From the NCBI RefSeq assembly GCF_013004595.1, contig NZ_JABEMC010000006.1, positions 62,001 to 126,000 on the forward strand: a stretch of 64,000 nucleotides of DNA, written 5' to 3'. Below the pieces are notes generated by a model. The model worked only from the letters and a program-made list of their open reading frames with translations, had not been told where the DNA came from and ran no database searches. The position numbers and the translations under genes are program-made. This DNA is from Brevibacterium luteolum. GTDB lineage: Bacteria > Actinomycetota > Actinomycetes > Actinomycetales > Brevibacteriaceae. Of the stretch, positions 49,726 to 59,083 are shown piece after piece. The number at the start of each line of letters is the position of its first letter. The stretch's first letter is position 1.

Positions 49726-51291
49726 ATGACGACTATGACGAGATCCCCAGCACGTGCACCACTCCTGCGTCGCCTGGCCAAGGCGATGACCGCCTCGGCG
49801 GCGGTCGCGATCCTCGCTGTCATCAGCGGCTGCTCGCGTCAGAGCGTCGACCTCGGCACCGCTGACTCGGACGACGTCATCGTCGCCTCGATCTCCGGTG
49901 AGCCCGACCAGCTCGACCCGCACTCCACCACCTCCTACTTCGCCTTCGAGGTCCTCGAGAACGTCTACGACACCCTCGTCGAACCCGATGAGGAGTTCAA
50001 CATGCAGCCGGCACTCGCCGAGTCCTGGGAGGTCAGCGACGACGAGCTGACGTGGACGTTCCACCTGCGCGAGGGCGTCACCTTCCACGACGGCTCCGAC
50101 TTCACCGCCGACGACGTCGTCTACTCATACCGGCGCATCATCGACGGCGAACTCGCCAACGCCTGGAAGCTCACGATGCTCAAAGACGTGCGCGCCGTCG
50201 ACGACCACACTGTCGAGATCGAAGTCGACGCCCCCAGCCCCACCCTGCTCTCAGCGCTCGGCGGGTTCAAGGGCGTGGCGATCGTCGAGGAGGACAACGC
50301 CGAATCCGGTGACATCACCACCGAACCGGTCGGCACCGGCCCGTTCGCAGTCGACTCCGCCCGGCCCGGCGACTCCGTGACGCTCAAAGCCAATGAGGAC
50401 TACTGGGGCGGGGCACCCGAGGTCGCCGGCGTGCAGTTCCGCTACATCACCGAGCACAACACGGCTGTCGCCGCCCTGCGCTCCGGGGAGATCGATTGGA
50501 CCGACTCGATCCCACCCCAGCAGTTCGGCACGCTGGACAAGGACCAGTCGCTGCACATCGAATCGGTCATCTCGAACGACTACTGGTATGTGGCGATGAA
50601 CCAGGCGAAAGAGCCCTTCGGCGACCCGAAGGTCCGCCAGGCGATCGCCTACGCCGTCGACCGCGACTCGATCGCCCAGGCCACCGGCTTCGGCACCTCG
50701 GAGGTCAACCAGACCGCGATCCCGGGATCGAGCCCATGGGCCTACGACTACGCGCCCTTCGAACGCGACACCGACAAGGCCCAGCAGCTGCTCGACGAGG
50801 CCGGTGTCGAAGATCTGTCGATGGAGCTCATGGTCACCAACGAGTACCCCGAGACCGTCACCGCCGCCCAGGTCATCGCCGACAACCTCTCCGACGTCGG
50901 CATCACGGTTTCGATCACCACCCTCGACTTCGGCTCCTGGCTCGACCGGCAGGGCCAGGGCGACTTCGATGCGCTCATGCTCGGCTGGCTGGGCAACATC
51001 GACCCCGATGACTACTACTACGCCCAGCACCACTCCGAGGGCCCGTCGAACTCGCAGGGCTACTCGAACCCCGAGGTCGACGAGCTCCTCGACGCCGGCC
51101 GCGTCGAAATGGACGCAGGCAAGCGGCACGAACTCTACGAGCAGGCCGCCCAGCACATCGTCGACGACGTCTCCTACCTGTACCTGTACAACCCGGCGGT
51201 CATCCAGGCCCACACCTCGCGCCTGGAGGGCTACACGATCCGCTCGGATCGGGCCGTGCGGTTCCGCGACGCGAAGCTGACAGAGGACTGA
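49726..51291 (+). CDS. Peptide/nickel ABC substrate-binding lipoprotein (family 5)
   Basis: Lipobox ISGC; LDP, VYDTLV, PALAESW, LREGVTFHDG, PVGTGPF, VRQAIAYAVDR; exact start uncertain. Confidence 0.9.
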   Translation: MTTMTRSPARAPLLRRLAKAMTASAAVAILAVISGCSRQSVDLGTADSDDVIVASISGEPDQLDPHSTTSYFAFEVLENVYDTLVEPDEEFNMQPALAESWEVSDDELTWTFHLREGVTFHDGSDFTADDVVYSYRRIIDGELANAWKLTMLKDVRAVDDHTVEIEVDAPSPTLLSALGGFKGVAIVEEDNAESGDITTEPVGTGPFAVDSARPGDSVTLKANEDYWGGAPEVAGVQFRYITEHNTAVAALRSGEIDWTDSIPPQQFGTLDKDQSLHIESVISNDYWYVAMNQAKEPFGDPKVRQAIAYAVDRDSIAQATGFGTSEVNQTAIPGSSPWAYDYAPFERDTDKAQQLLDEAGVEDLSMELMVTNEYPETVTAAQVIADNLSDVGITVSITTLDFGSWLDRQGQGDFDALMLGWLGNIDPDDYYYAQHHSEGPSNSQGYSNPEVDELLDAGRVEMDAGKRHELYEQAAQHIVDDVSYLYLYNPAVIQAHTSRLEGYTIRSDRAVRFRDAKLTED

Positions 51292-51296
51292 TAGGC

Positions 51297-52379
51297 ATGA
51301 GCGATCCGAACACCCATGGCAGCAGCACCGCTCCCGAGGCGGAGGACCGGTCTGCAGACACCACGCGTTCTGCAGACGCGAACCAGTCCAGCCAGACCGA
51401 GCAGACGCAGAAGGCGGGCTTCTTCACCCGGCATCCGCTGCTGACCTTCATCCTGCGGCGCATCCTGCTGACCTTCGTCACCCTGCTCGGCGTCATCGTC
51501 GTCGTGTTCTTCCTCATCCAGCTCGTCCCCGGCGACCCGGTGCGCATCGCCTTGGGCACCCGCTACACAGATGAGGCCTACCAGGCCCTGCAGCAGGCAT
51601 CGGGACTCGACAAACCGCTCATCGTCCAGTTCTTCACCTACATCGGCAGTGCGCTGATCGGCGACCTGGGGGTCAGCTTCCGCAACGGCGAGCCGGTCAT
51701 GATGCTGCTGCTCGAACGCCTCCCGGCCACAATCTCCCTGGCTCTGTGCGCCATCTTCGTCGCCCTGCTCATCGCGATCCCGCTGGGCACGATCGCCGGT
51801 CTGCGCGAAGGCGGCGCGGTCGACTCGATCGTCCGCGTCATCAGCCAGTTCGGTGTTTCGATCCCGGACTTCTGGATGGGCATGATGCTCATCAGCATCT
51901 TCGCCCTCGGCTTCGGCTGGCCCTCCTCCGGGTACACGCCGCTGACCGAGGACCCGATCGGCTGGGCCCAGCACATGGTGCTGCCGGCCATCACCGCAGG
52001 TGTTGTCTCGGCGGCGATCCTCACCCGGTTCATCCGCACCGCCGTCATCGACGTCTCGCATGCGACCTTCGTGCGCACGGCGACCTCGAAGGGCCTGAAG
52101 TACTGGACGGTGCTGGCCAAGCACATCGGCCGCAACGCCCTCATCCCGGTGCTGACGATCTCCGGCATCCAGCTGGCCACCCTGCTCGGCGGCGTCATCG
52201 TCGTCGAGGTCGTCTTCGCCTACCCGGGCCTCGGCCGCCTCATCTACGACGCCGTGGCCGCACGCGACTACCCGCTGCTGCAGGGCGCGATCCTGTTGAT
52301 CGCGTTCATCTTCCTCACCATCAACCTGCTCGTCGACGTGCTCTACGCCATCATCGACCCGAGGATCCGGATCTCATGA
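51297..52379 (+). CDS. Peptide ABC permease (DppB-like)
   Basis: PGDP, GDLGVS, RLPAT, TATSKGL, VEVVFAYPGLG, RDYPLLQG. Confidence 0.9.
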   Translation: MSDPNTHGSSTAPEAEDRSADTTRSADANQSSQTEQTQKAGFFTRHPLLTFILRRILLTFVTLLGVIVVVFFLIQLVPGDPVRIALGTRYTDEAYQALQQASGLDKPLIVQFFTYIGSALIGDLGVSFRNGEPVMMLLLERLPATISLALCAIFVALLIAIPLGTIAGLREGGAVDSIVRVISQFGVSIPDFWMGMMLISIFALGFGWPSSGYTPLTEDPIGWAQHMVLPAITAGVVSAAILTRFIRTAVIDVSHATFVRTATSKGLKYWTVLAKHIGRNALIPVLTISGIQLATLLGGVIVVEVVFAYPGLGRLIYDAVAARDYPLLQGAILLIAFIFLTINLLVDVLYAIIDPRIRIS

Positions 52380-53287
52380 GTGCAGAATTGCCGACCCGGC
52401 AGAACTCAGACACCAACGCCACGAAGAACACCCGCGCTTCGACGCTGTCGCTGCTCATGACGAACCCGACAGCCGTGTTCGGCCTCATCGTGCTCGCCGT
52501 CATCGTCGTCCTCGCGCTCTTCGGGCAGTGGATCGCCCCGTACGGCGCCAACGACATCGACGTCCCGCGCGCCCTGCAGGCACCGAGTGGCGCCCACTGG
52601 TTCGGCACCGACGAACTCGGCCGCGACGTCCTCTCCCGCGTCGTCATCGCCGCAGCCACCTCGCTCAAGGTCGCACTCATCTCCGTCGGCATCGCGCTTG
52701 TCGTCGGCGTCGGCGTCGGTGTGCTGTCGGGCTACCTCGGCGGGGTCATCGACTCGATCCTCATGCGCATCGTCGACGTCGCCTTCTCCTTCCCCGTCCT
52801 GCTGCTGGCCCTGGCGATCGTCGCGATCCTCGGCCAGGGCATCGGCTCGGCCATGATCGCCATCGGCATCGTCTACATTCCGATCTTCGCCCGCGTCGCG
52901 CGCGCCTCGACCCTGTCGGTCCGCCAGGAGCCCTACGTCCAGGCCGCCCGCACCATGGGTGTCTCGTCCGGCCGGATCGTGTTCAGCCATGTGCTGCCGA
53001 ACATCTCCGGGCCCGTCATCGTGCAGACCTCGCTGTCACTGGCATTCGCGATCCTGACCGAAGCCGCCCTGTCGTTCCTCGGCCTCGGCGTCCAGCCGCC
53101 GGAGCCCTCGTGGGGCAAGATGCTCTTCGACGCGCAGGGCTTCATGGCCGACGCCTGGTGGATGGCGGTCTTCCCCGGTCTGGCGATCTTCGTCGTCGTG
53201 CTCGCCTTCAACCTGCTCGGCGACGGCCTGCGCGACGTCCTCGACCCCCGCCAGCGCACCATCATGCAGAACCGGAGGAAGAAGTGA
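52376..53287 (+). CDS. Peptide ABC permease (DppC-like)
   Basis: HWFGTDELGRDVLSR, HVLPN, EAALSFLGLG, FNLLGDGLRDVLDP; ATGA overlap. Confidence 0.9.
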   Translation: MSAELPTRQNSDTNATKNTRASTLSLLMTNPTAVFGLIVLAVIVVLALFGQWIAPYGANDIDVPRALQAPSGAHWFGTDELGRDVLSRVVIAAATSLKVALISVGIALVVGVGVGVLSGYLGGVIDSILMRIVDVAFSFPVLLLALAIVAILGQGIGSAMIAIGIVYIPIFARVARASTLSVRQEPYVQAARTMGVSSGRIVFSHVLPNISGPVIVQTSLSLAFAILTEAALSFLGLGVQPPEPSWGKMLFDAQGFMADAWWMAVFPGLAIFVVVLAFNLLGDGLRDVLDPRQRTIMQNRRKK

Positions 53288-54966
53288 GCCACACCCCTGA
53301 TCAGGCTCCCGCTCCCGAGGCGGTGGGCACCAACCGTCGCTCCGCGCCCGAGGCGCCGGTCCTGGAGGTCTCGGACCTCACCGTCGGCGTCGGCCGCAAC
53401 GACATCGTCCACGGCGTCGACTTCGCCGTGGCCAAAGGCCAGACACTCGGCATCGTCGGTGAGTCCGGTTCCGGCAAGTCCCTGTCGGTGCTCTCGGCCA
53501 CCGGCCTGTTCGAAGCCCCCGGTGGTTACGTGCACGGCTCCTCGACCCTTGACGGCGAGCAGATCGTCGGGGCACCGGCCGGGCTGCTGCGCAGCATCCA
53601 CGGCCGCCGCATCGGCTTCGTCTTCCAGGACCCGTCGACGAGCCTCAACCCGCTCATGACCTTGGAGGCGCAGCTGGCCGAGGGCCCGATGAAGCACCTC
53701 GGGATCTCCGCATCCGAGGCCCGCGAGCGGTCGCTGAAGTTACTGACCGAACTCGGGCTGCCCGACCCGGAGCTGCGGCTGGGCTACTATCCGCATCAGC
53801 TCTCCGGCGGGCAGAAGCAGCGCGTCATGATCGCCGTGGCTCTCGCGTGTGAGCCTGAGGTGCTCATCGCCGATGAGCCGACCACCGCTCTCGACGTCAC
53901 CACCCAGGCCGGCATCATCGACCTCGTCGCCGGCCTGCAGCGGTCCCGGGACATGGCCGTCATCTGGATCAGCCACGACCTCGGGGTCACCGGCCAGATC
54001 GCTGATGACGTCGTCGTCATGCGCGAAGGCGAGATCGTCGAACGCGGCAGTGTCGCTGACATCTTCGAGCGCCCGCAGCACGAGTACACGAAGACGCTGC
54101 TGGCCGCCCGCCCGCTGCTGCGCACCCAGCAGGACGCCGGCACTGAGGACACGCACGCCGACCGGGAGGAGACGGGCGAGCCGATGCTGCGGATCGAGGA
54201 TCTGACGGTGGACTTCGAGGTCTCCTCCCCCACCGGCAAACGCACCATCACCGCCGTCAAGGATGTCAGCCTCGATGTCTACCGCGGCCGCACGCTCGGC
54301 ATCGTCGGCGAGTCCGGTTCGGGCAAGTCGACGATCGCCAATGTGCTCACCGGTGTCGTCGAACCGGCCTCCGGTGATGCGCGGATGAGCGGCGACCCGG
54401 TGCTCGGGCTCACGGGTGCCGATCTCAAGACGATGCGCCGGCGCATCGCGATGGTCTTCCAGGATCCGTTCGCCGCGCTCGACCCGCGGATGACGGTGCA
54501 GCGTTCGATCGCCGAACCGCTCATGGCCCACAACCTCGTGCCGCGGCGGCAGCGCCGGCAGCGCTGCGCCGAGCTGCTCGACCAGGTCGGCCTGGATGCG
54601 TCGTTCATCGAACGCTATCCGCATGAGCTCTCCGGCGGGCAGCGGCAGCGTGTGTGCATCGCCCGCGCCCTGGCCGTCGACCCCGAGCTGCTCATCCTCG
54701 ATGAGTCGACCGCCTCGCTCGACGTCTCCATCCAGGCGCAGGTCCTCGATCTGCTCGCTGAGCTACAGGACGAGCACGGCTTCGGCTACATCTTCATCGG
54801 CCACGACCTGGCTGTCGTCGAGCAGGTCAGCGACACCGTCGCGGTGATGAAGGACGGCGAGGTCGTCGAATACGGCACCGCCGAACAGATTCTGCGCGAA
54901 CCCCAGACCGACTACACCCGTCAGCTCATCGACGCTGTCCCACCGGCCGAGCCGGCGCGCGCCTGA
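53284..54966 (+). CDS. Peptide ABC ATP-binding protein, fused DppD/DppF
   Basis: Two GESGSGKS, YPHQLSGGQ/YPHELSGGQ, DEPTTALD; GTGA overlap. Confidence 0.9.
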   Translation: MSHTPDQAPAPEAVGTNRRSAPEAPVLEVSDLTVGVGRNDIVHGVDFAVAKGQTLGIVGESGSGKSLSVLSATGLFEAPGGYVHGSSTLDGEQIVGAPAGLLRSIHGRRIGFVFQDPSTSLNPLMTLEAQLAEGPMKHLGISASEARERSLKLLTELGLPDPELRLGYYPHQLSGGQKQRVMIAVALACEPEVLIADEPTTALDVTTQAGIIDLVAGLQRSRDMAVIWISHDLGVTGQIADDVVVMREGEIVERGSVADIFERPQHEYTKTLLAARPLLRTQQDAGTEDTHADREETGEPMLRIEDLTVDFEVSSPTGKRTITAVKDVSLDVYRGRTLGIVGESGSGKSTIANVLTGVVEPASGDARMSGDPVLGLTGADLKTMRRRIAMVFQDPFAALDPRMTVQRSIAEPLMAHNLVPRRQRRQRCAELLDQVGLDASFIERYPHELSGGQRQRVCIARALAVDPELLILDESTASLDVSIQAQVLDLLAELQDEHGFGYIFIGHDLAVVEQVSDTVAVMKDGEVVEYGTAEQILREPQTDYTRQLIDAVPPAEPARA

Positions 54967-54997
54967 CCCCACGGAGCTCTCTCCCAGAGAACCGGTG

Positions 54998-55045
54998 TTA
55001 CTGCCTTACGGATGCAGCTGGCTAGATCCGGCCCGCCCGCCAGGC
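54998..55045 (-). pseudogene. Remnant 3' end of a second, diverged permease allele
   Basis: Translates AWRAGRI*PAASVRQ* versus AWRAGRIQPAAALRN* at the end of the intact permease, with mostly synonymous differences. Confidence 0.7.
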
Positions 55046-55076
55046 TACGGTCTTCCCACCCGTCTTCCGGCGATCG

Positions 55077-56315
55077 TCAATTGCGCAGCGCGGCTGCAGG
55101 CTGAATGCGTCCGGCCCGCCACGCGGGGATGAACCCGGCCAGCGCAGACACCACAATCGCGGCCATGGGAACCACGATGATGTGCAGCGGAGACACTACG
55201 GGAACCCAGCCCTGCACCAGGCTGACGAGCAGCACAATGGCGGTGCCCAGGATAGTTCCTATGAGCCCCGCGGCTACCCCGAGGAGCGCAGACTCGAAGA
55301 GAATCTGTTTCAGCAGGTCGCGCGGCCGTCCCCCGATCGCGCGGCGCAGCCCGAGCTCACCCGTCCGCGCTGAAACTCCGATGGTGCCGGTGATGGCAAT
55401 GGATGCTGCACCGATTACAGAGGCGAGTGCCGCTACACCGATGCCCAGATTGACGAGGAGTGAATCCACCGAGCGTCGGTTGGCTTCGGTCTCACTCGGA
55501 GGGGTGACGCGAAGCGCATCCGGTGTGGTGGGGAAGACTGCTGTGGGCATCGCCTCGGCAACATTGGCCGCTGCGCCCGGAGCGACAGTCACCAGCATCG
55601 AGGCTCCATCCTGCGGTGGCCCGAAGTGCTTGAGCGCGGTCTCTGCTGGTACGATCACTGCCCCGCCCAGCTGCGGCAGCCGCCCGGAGCCGTGGACGAC
55701 CCCGGCGATGAGCAACGGTTTCCCACTGACGAAAATGTAGCGACTCTCGTTGCTGAGCGTCTCTTCTGAGATTCCGAGGGTCTGAGCTGCGCTTGCGCCA
55801 AGATAGGCGATATCAGCTGATCCGAGTTCGGTTCGAAACTCTGTCCCATGTACGTTCACCTCAGCCGCTTCGAACAGGCCCGGGCCTGCCACCATCACCG
55901 GTGGCGCTGTGGGTGCTGCCGAGTCGGGCAGAATCGACGTGCTGACAAGCAGAGACTGCCCGTAGCTATCAGAGAACACGCCCGCATGACGCACCCCGGA
56001 CAGAGCGCGCACCCGCTCGGCAGACTGCGCTGGGAACGTCGTTCCCTGCACTGGCAGTATTCCTTCGTCAGCGGCGCCCACCGGTTGTGGCGCATCAGTG
56101 TCGACCGGACTGACATGTGCGATTACTTCGGTCGCTTTGCGCACATCGAAATCGTCTGCAACTTGAAAGCGCACTGTGGACACGAGGCTCAGCACAGAGA
56201 TGACTGCAGTGACTGAGATGAGCAGTCCAACACTGCCGAGCAGAGACCGCACGGGCGTCGACATCACGGTCTTCCATGCCTCGCCCAGCAGGAGTCGGTC
56301 AATGCGCCGGTTCAC
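55077..56315 (-). CDS. MacB/FtsX-family ABC permease
   Basis: RSLL..G TM1, large extracytoplasmic domain, RTGELGLRRAIG, LFESALL, PAWRAGRIQP; start 56315 (GTG) or 56330. Confidence 0.85.
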   Translation of the reverse strand: MNRRIDRLLLGEAWKTVMSTPVRSLLGSVGLLISVTAVISVLSLVSTVRFQVADDFDVRKATEVIAHVSPVDTDAPQPVGAADEGILPVQGTTFPAQSAERVRALSGVRHAGVFSDSYGQSLLVSTSILPDSAAPTAPPVMVAGPGLFEAAEVNVHGTEFRTELGSADIAYLGASAAQTLGISEETLSNESRYIFVSGKPLLIAGVVHGSGRLPQLGGAVIVPAETALKHFGPPQDGASMLVTVAPGAAANVAEAMPTAVFPTTPDALRVTPPSETEANRRSVDSLLVNLGIGVAALASVIGAASIAITGTIGVSARTGELGLRRAIGGRPRDLLKQILFESALLGVAAGLIGTILGTAIVLLVSLVQGWVPVVSPLHIIVVPMAAIVVSALAGFIPAWRAGRIQPAAALRN

Positions 56316-57042
56316 AGCGCACGGTCCCATCGAAGACGACGATCGCCCTGTCCATTTGTGCGGCTACATCCTCGTCGTGTGTCACGATCACCTGAGCGCC
56401 TCCGTCCCGGTGGAGAGCCGCAAGGAGCTCAAGCACGCGGGCCGAATTACGGGAGTCCAGGTTTCCCGTCGGCTCATCCGCCATAAGCACCGAGGGTGAG
56501 TGCACAACCGCTCGGGCAATCGCCGCGCGCTGACGCTCGCCGCCGGACAGCAAACGGGCTGGCGTGTGCATCCGATGTGTGAGACCGACACTTTCAAGTG
56601 CCTGAGCTGCACGGTCGTTCCACTCGCGCTGCGGGACCTCGGTGAAGAACAGCCCGAGCTTGACGTTTTCCAGCACGCTGCGCCGATCGAGCAGATGAAA
56701 GGCTTGGAAGATGAACCCGAACGTGGAACTTCGCAGCTGCGCGCGCGTCTTTTCAGACGCGGATGCGGTCGGTTGACCGTCAACCCAGTACTCACCTGCA
56801 GACGGCACTTCGAGCAGGCCCAGGACATTGAGCAGACTCGATTTTCCTGCGCCCGAGGGTCCGATCAGCGCGATCCGTTCGCCGTAGCCTACGGTGAGAT
56901 CGATGTCGGTGAGGGCATGCACCGGTGTGGCACCGTCATATGTCAAGGTGATGCTTTCCGCCCGAAGCAAGGCTGCCGCCTGATCTGCTGCTGTGCGGCT
57001 GTCACTCGAAAGACGACCGAAAACGATGTCATTGAAGGACAA
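56299..57042 (-). CDS. LolD/MacB-type ABC ATP-binding protein
   Basis: GPSGAGKS, GFIFQAFHL, LSGGERQR, ADEPTGNLD, VTHD; TTG start after AAGGAG. Confidence 0.88.
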   Translation of the reverse strand: MSFNDIVFGRLSSDSRTAADQAAALLRAESITLTYDGATPVHALTDIDLTVGYGERIALIGPSGAGKSSLLNVLGLLEVPSAGEYWVDGQPTASASEKTRAQLRSSTFGFIFQAFHLLDRRSVLENVKLGLFFTEVPQREWNDRAAQALESVGLTHRMHTPARLLSGGERQRAAIARAVVHSPSVLMADEPTGNLDSRNSARVLELLAALHRDGGAQVIVTHDEDVAAQMDRAIVVFDGTVRCEPAH

Positions 57043-58240
57043 TGGTGTCTCCTTCGACCACGCCACCGCCGGTGATCTCAGTCCACCCGCCAATTGTCTG
57101 ACCGACTTCGATGTCCTTGCGTGTCGGCCCGTCCTCGGTCTGAACGGTCACGTATGAGCTTCCGTCAGGGTCTGAGCGCACGGCGGTGACCGGGACAGCC
57201 AGTACATCTCCTCTGGACGCTTCGATCTCGACTGCGATGGTCAGCGCTGTGTCTGGCGGCAGCTCATCGCTGTCCGCCGGATCGATGATGATGCGTTTGG
57301 AGCCCTCCTGTTTCGATTCGTCAATGCTCGCTACAGTGCATGCGGACGTGCCCTCGCGCGAGGACGCAGTGATGGTGCACGCCATACCGGGTCGGATCGC
57401 AGAGGCCGTTGTTTCCGGCACCTCAGAGGCGATCTGCACTCCATCAGCCACCAGCGTGAGAACGGTGGCGTCAGCTTCGAGAACTGCCCCAACTCGGGCA
57501 TCGACGCTGCCGACAGTAGCTGGCAGATCCGAGATGAAGGCGAAGACGCCTTCGGGAACCCGAACGGTTTTCGTGTCACCTTGAGGCGCCGTTGCAGTTG
57601 ATTTCTGTCCGGCGTCCGCGTCGTCAATTTCGCTGTCTGCATCGCTAGCTGAGTCTTCATCGCTGTAAAGAATGGACGAGTCGAGTTGACGATTCGCGAA
57701 GAGCTTCACAACTGCACGCGCCGTCGAGCTGCCGAAGACACCGTCCGAGTCGGTGACTGAAAAGCCGAGTTGCTTCAGAGCTGACTGCAACTGACCGACG
57801 TCAACACCTTTGTCGCCTTCACCGACAGATCGGTACATAGGGAACTTGCCCGGAACGGTGACGATGGGGAAGCCGCTGACCTCCGCCACGACCGTTCCAG
57901 CAGAAACCGTGTCTCCGGGTACGACCGAAGTTCCGGTGACGACCAGCTTGCCGTCGGAGGGCAGCGAAGGCACCGCGACCTGGGTGCCGCCGGTCGCTTC
58001 TACGGTTCCCGACAGGGTCGCTTCGACAGCTAGCCTCCGCTGCTCCACTGCCGCCGTGACAACAGGTTTGGGCGGTGGTTGAGCGTCCGCTACGCGTTGC
58101 GCCGGCGACTGCGTCATGCGTAGGAGGATGAAGCCGGCCACGAGCACACCTACGATGACCAAGATGACGCTTCCAGTCAGCAGCACACGATGCCGACTGC
58201 CAGGTTCGTTATTCGAACCGCGGTCACGAAACAGACCCAC
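57029..58240 (-). CDS. Membrane-fusion/adaptor-like protein with peptidoglycan-binding domain
   Basis: N-terminal TM anchor; PG-binding-1-like GDKGVDVGQLQSALKQLGF..DGVFGSSTARAV; C-terminal VLAVPVTAV...EGDTIV. Confidence 0.75.
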   Translation of the reverse strand: MGLFRDRGSNNEPGSRHRVLLTGSVILVIVGVLVAGFILLRMTQSPAQRVADAQPPPKPVVTAAVEQRRLAVEATLSGTVEATGGTQVAVPSLPSDGKLVVTGTSVVPGDTVSAGTVVAEVSGFPIVTVPGKFPMYRSVGEGDKGVDVGQLQSALKQLGFSVTDSDGVFGSSTARAVVKLFANRQLDSSILYSDEDSASDADSEIDDADAGQKSTATAPQGDTKTVRVPEGVFAFISDLPATVGSVDARVGAVLEADATVLTLVADGVQIASEVPETTASAIRPGMACTITASSREGTSACTVASIDESKQEGSKRIIIDPADSDELPPDTALTIAVEIEASRGDVLAVPVTAVRSDPDGSSYVTVQTEDGPTRKDIEVGQTIGGWTEITGGGVVEGDTIVLQ

Positions 58241-58249
58241 AGGATCGCC

Positions 58250-59083
58250 TCACTCGACGGCCTTGCTCAAGTGAGCGAGTTCAGCCGCGTGCTGCTGGAC
58301 AAACCTGTCCTTCGGTTCGTCCAGCGCTTCCTGCCACTGCTTCCACAGCGGCTCTGCACACGTCACCATGAGTTTGCCCGCTTCCTTCGAGTTCTCATCC
58401 GTCATCGCATCGAGGCTCGCCGCACCGAGACTGAATTGGCCCTCCCAGCCGTGCGCGGTTTCACCTGCGTCGTTCTTCCCCACGGTGGCGCCGCCAGCGA
58501 TGAGGCAGTCGTTCACCGTTTGCTTCTCGGTGTTGTACCGCGGATCGTCCAGGACTTTGTCGAGCTCGTCACCCCATGCGTACTGCAGGTTCTCAAACTT
58601 CTGGTAGTCCTCGCTCTGAGGGGATGGGATCTCATCAGACCCAGCATCTGCACAATCCCACAGCACGAGATCACTGTCCTCGACCGTGGCATTGGCTTCG
58701 GGGGCGCGCCGCCAATCAAGCCCAACTTCAGTCAGCATCTTCGGCGAGGGCACGCGGAAGTCTGGAATCTGCAGATGACGCGTCGCAGCTTCATCGGCAC
58801 GCGGCCACAGATCCTTGCGTCCGTTCTGCTCTAGGCAACTGCGAATTCCTTCTACCCGCCAGGAGGACAGGCGCTCACCCACCCATAGCGCATCATAGTG
58901 AGAGTCCGTTCCCGGGATCTGCACAATCGCACTTTCCACGCGTGGGTCAACACTCCCGTGGTCACTCGACCCGCTTGATCCATTCCCTGAACACCCACTG
59001 AGCAATACCGCGCAGCCGAGGAGAACACCGGCCATCAACCGCTTCTCCACGACTGCACGAAGCTCAAGACGCGATCTGTTCAT
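58250..59083 (-). CDS. Cys-rich lipoprotein of unknown function
   Basis: Lipobox LSGC, Ser/Gly linker, four further Cys; TAATG coupling to upstream gene. Confidence 0.7.
   Translation of the reverse strand: MNRSRLELRAVVEKRLMAGVLLGCAVLLSGCSGNGSSGSSDHGSVDPRVESAIVQIPGTDSHYDALWVGERLSSWRVEGIRSCLEQNGRKDLWPRADEAATRHLQIPDFRVPSPKMLTEVGLDWRRAPEANATVEDSDLVLWDCADAGSDEIPSPQSEDYQKFENLQYAWGDELDKVLDDPRYNTEKQTVNDCLIAGGATVGKNDAGETAHGWEGQFSLGAASLDAMTDENSKEAGKLMVTCAEPLWKQWQEALDEPKDRFVQQHAAELAHLSKAVE

Noticed and set aside
5717..49804. G-variants CCGnnGCCGAGGCGG of the dispersed motif (e.g. 5717, 7765, 33228, 34588)
   Set aside because: Readily explained by Ala-Ala-Glu-Ala or Thr-Ala-Ser-Ala codons; not counted as evidence.
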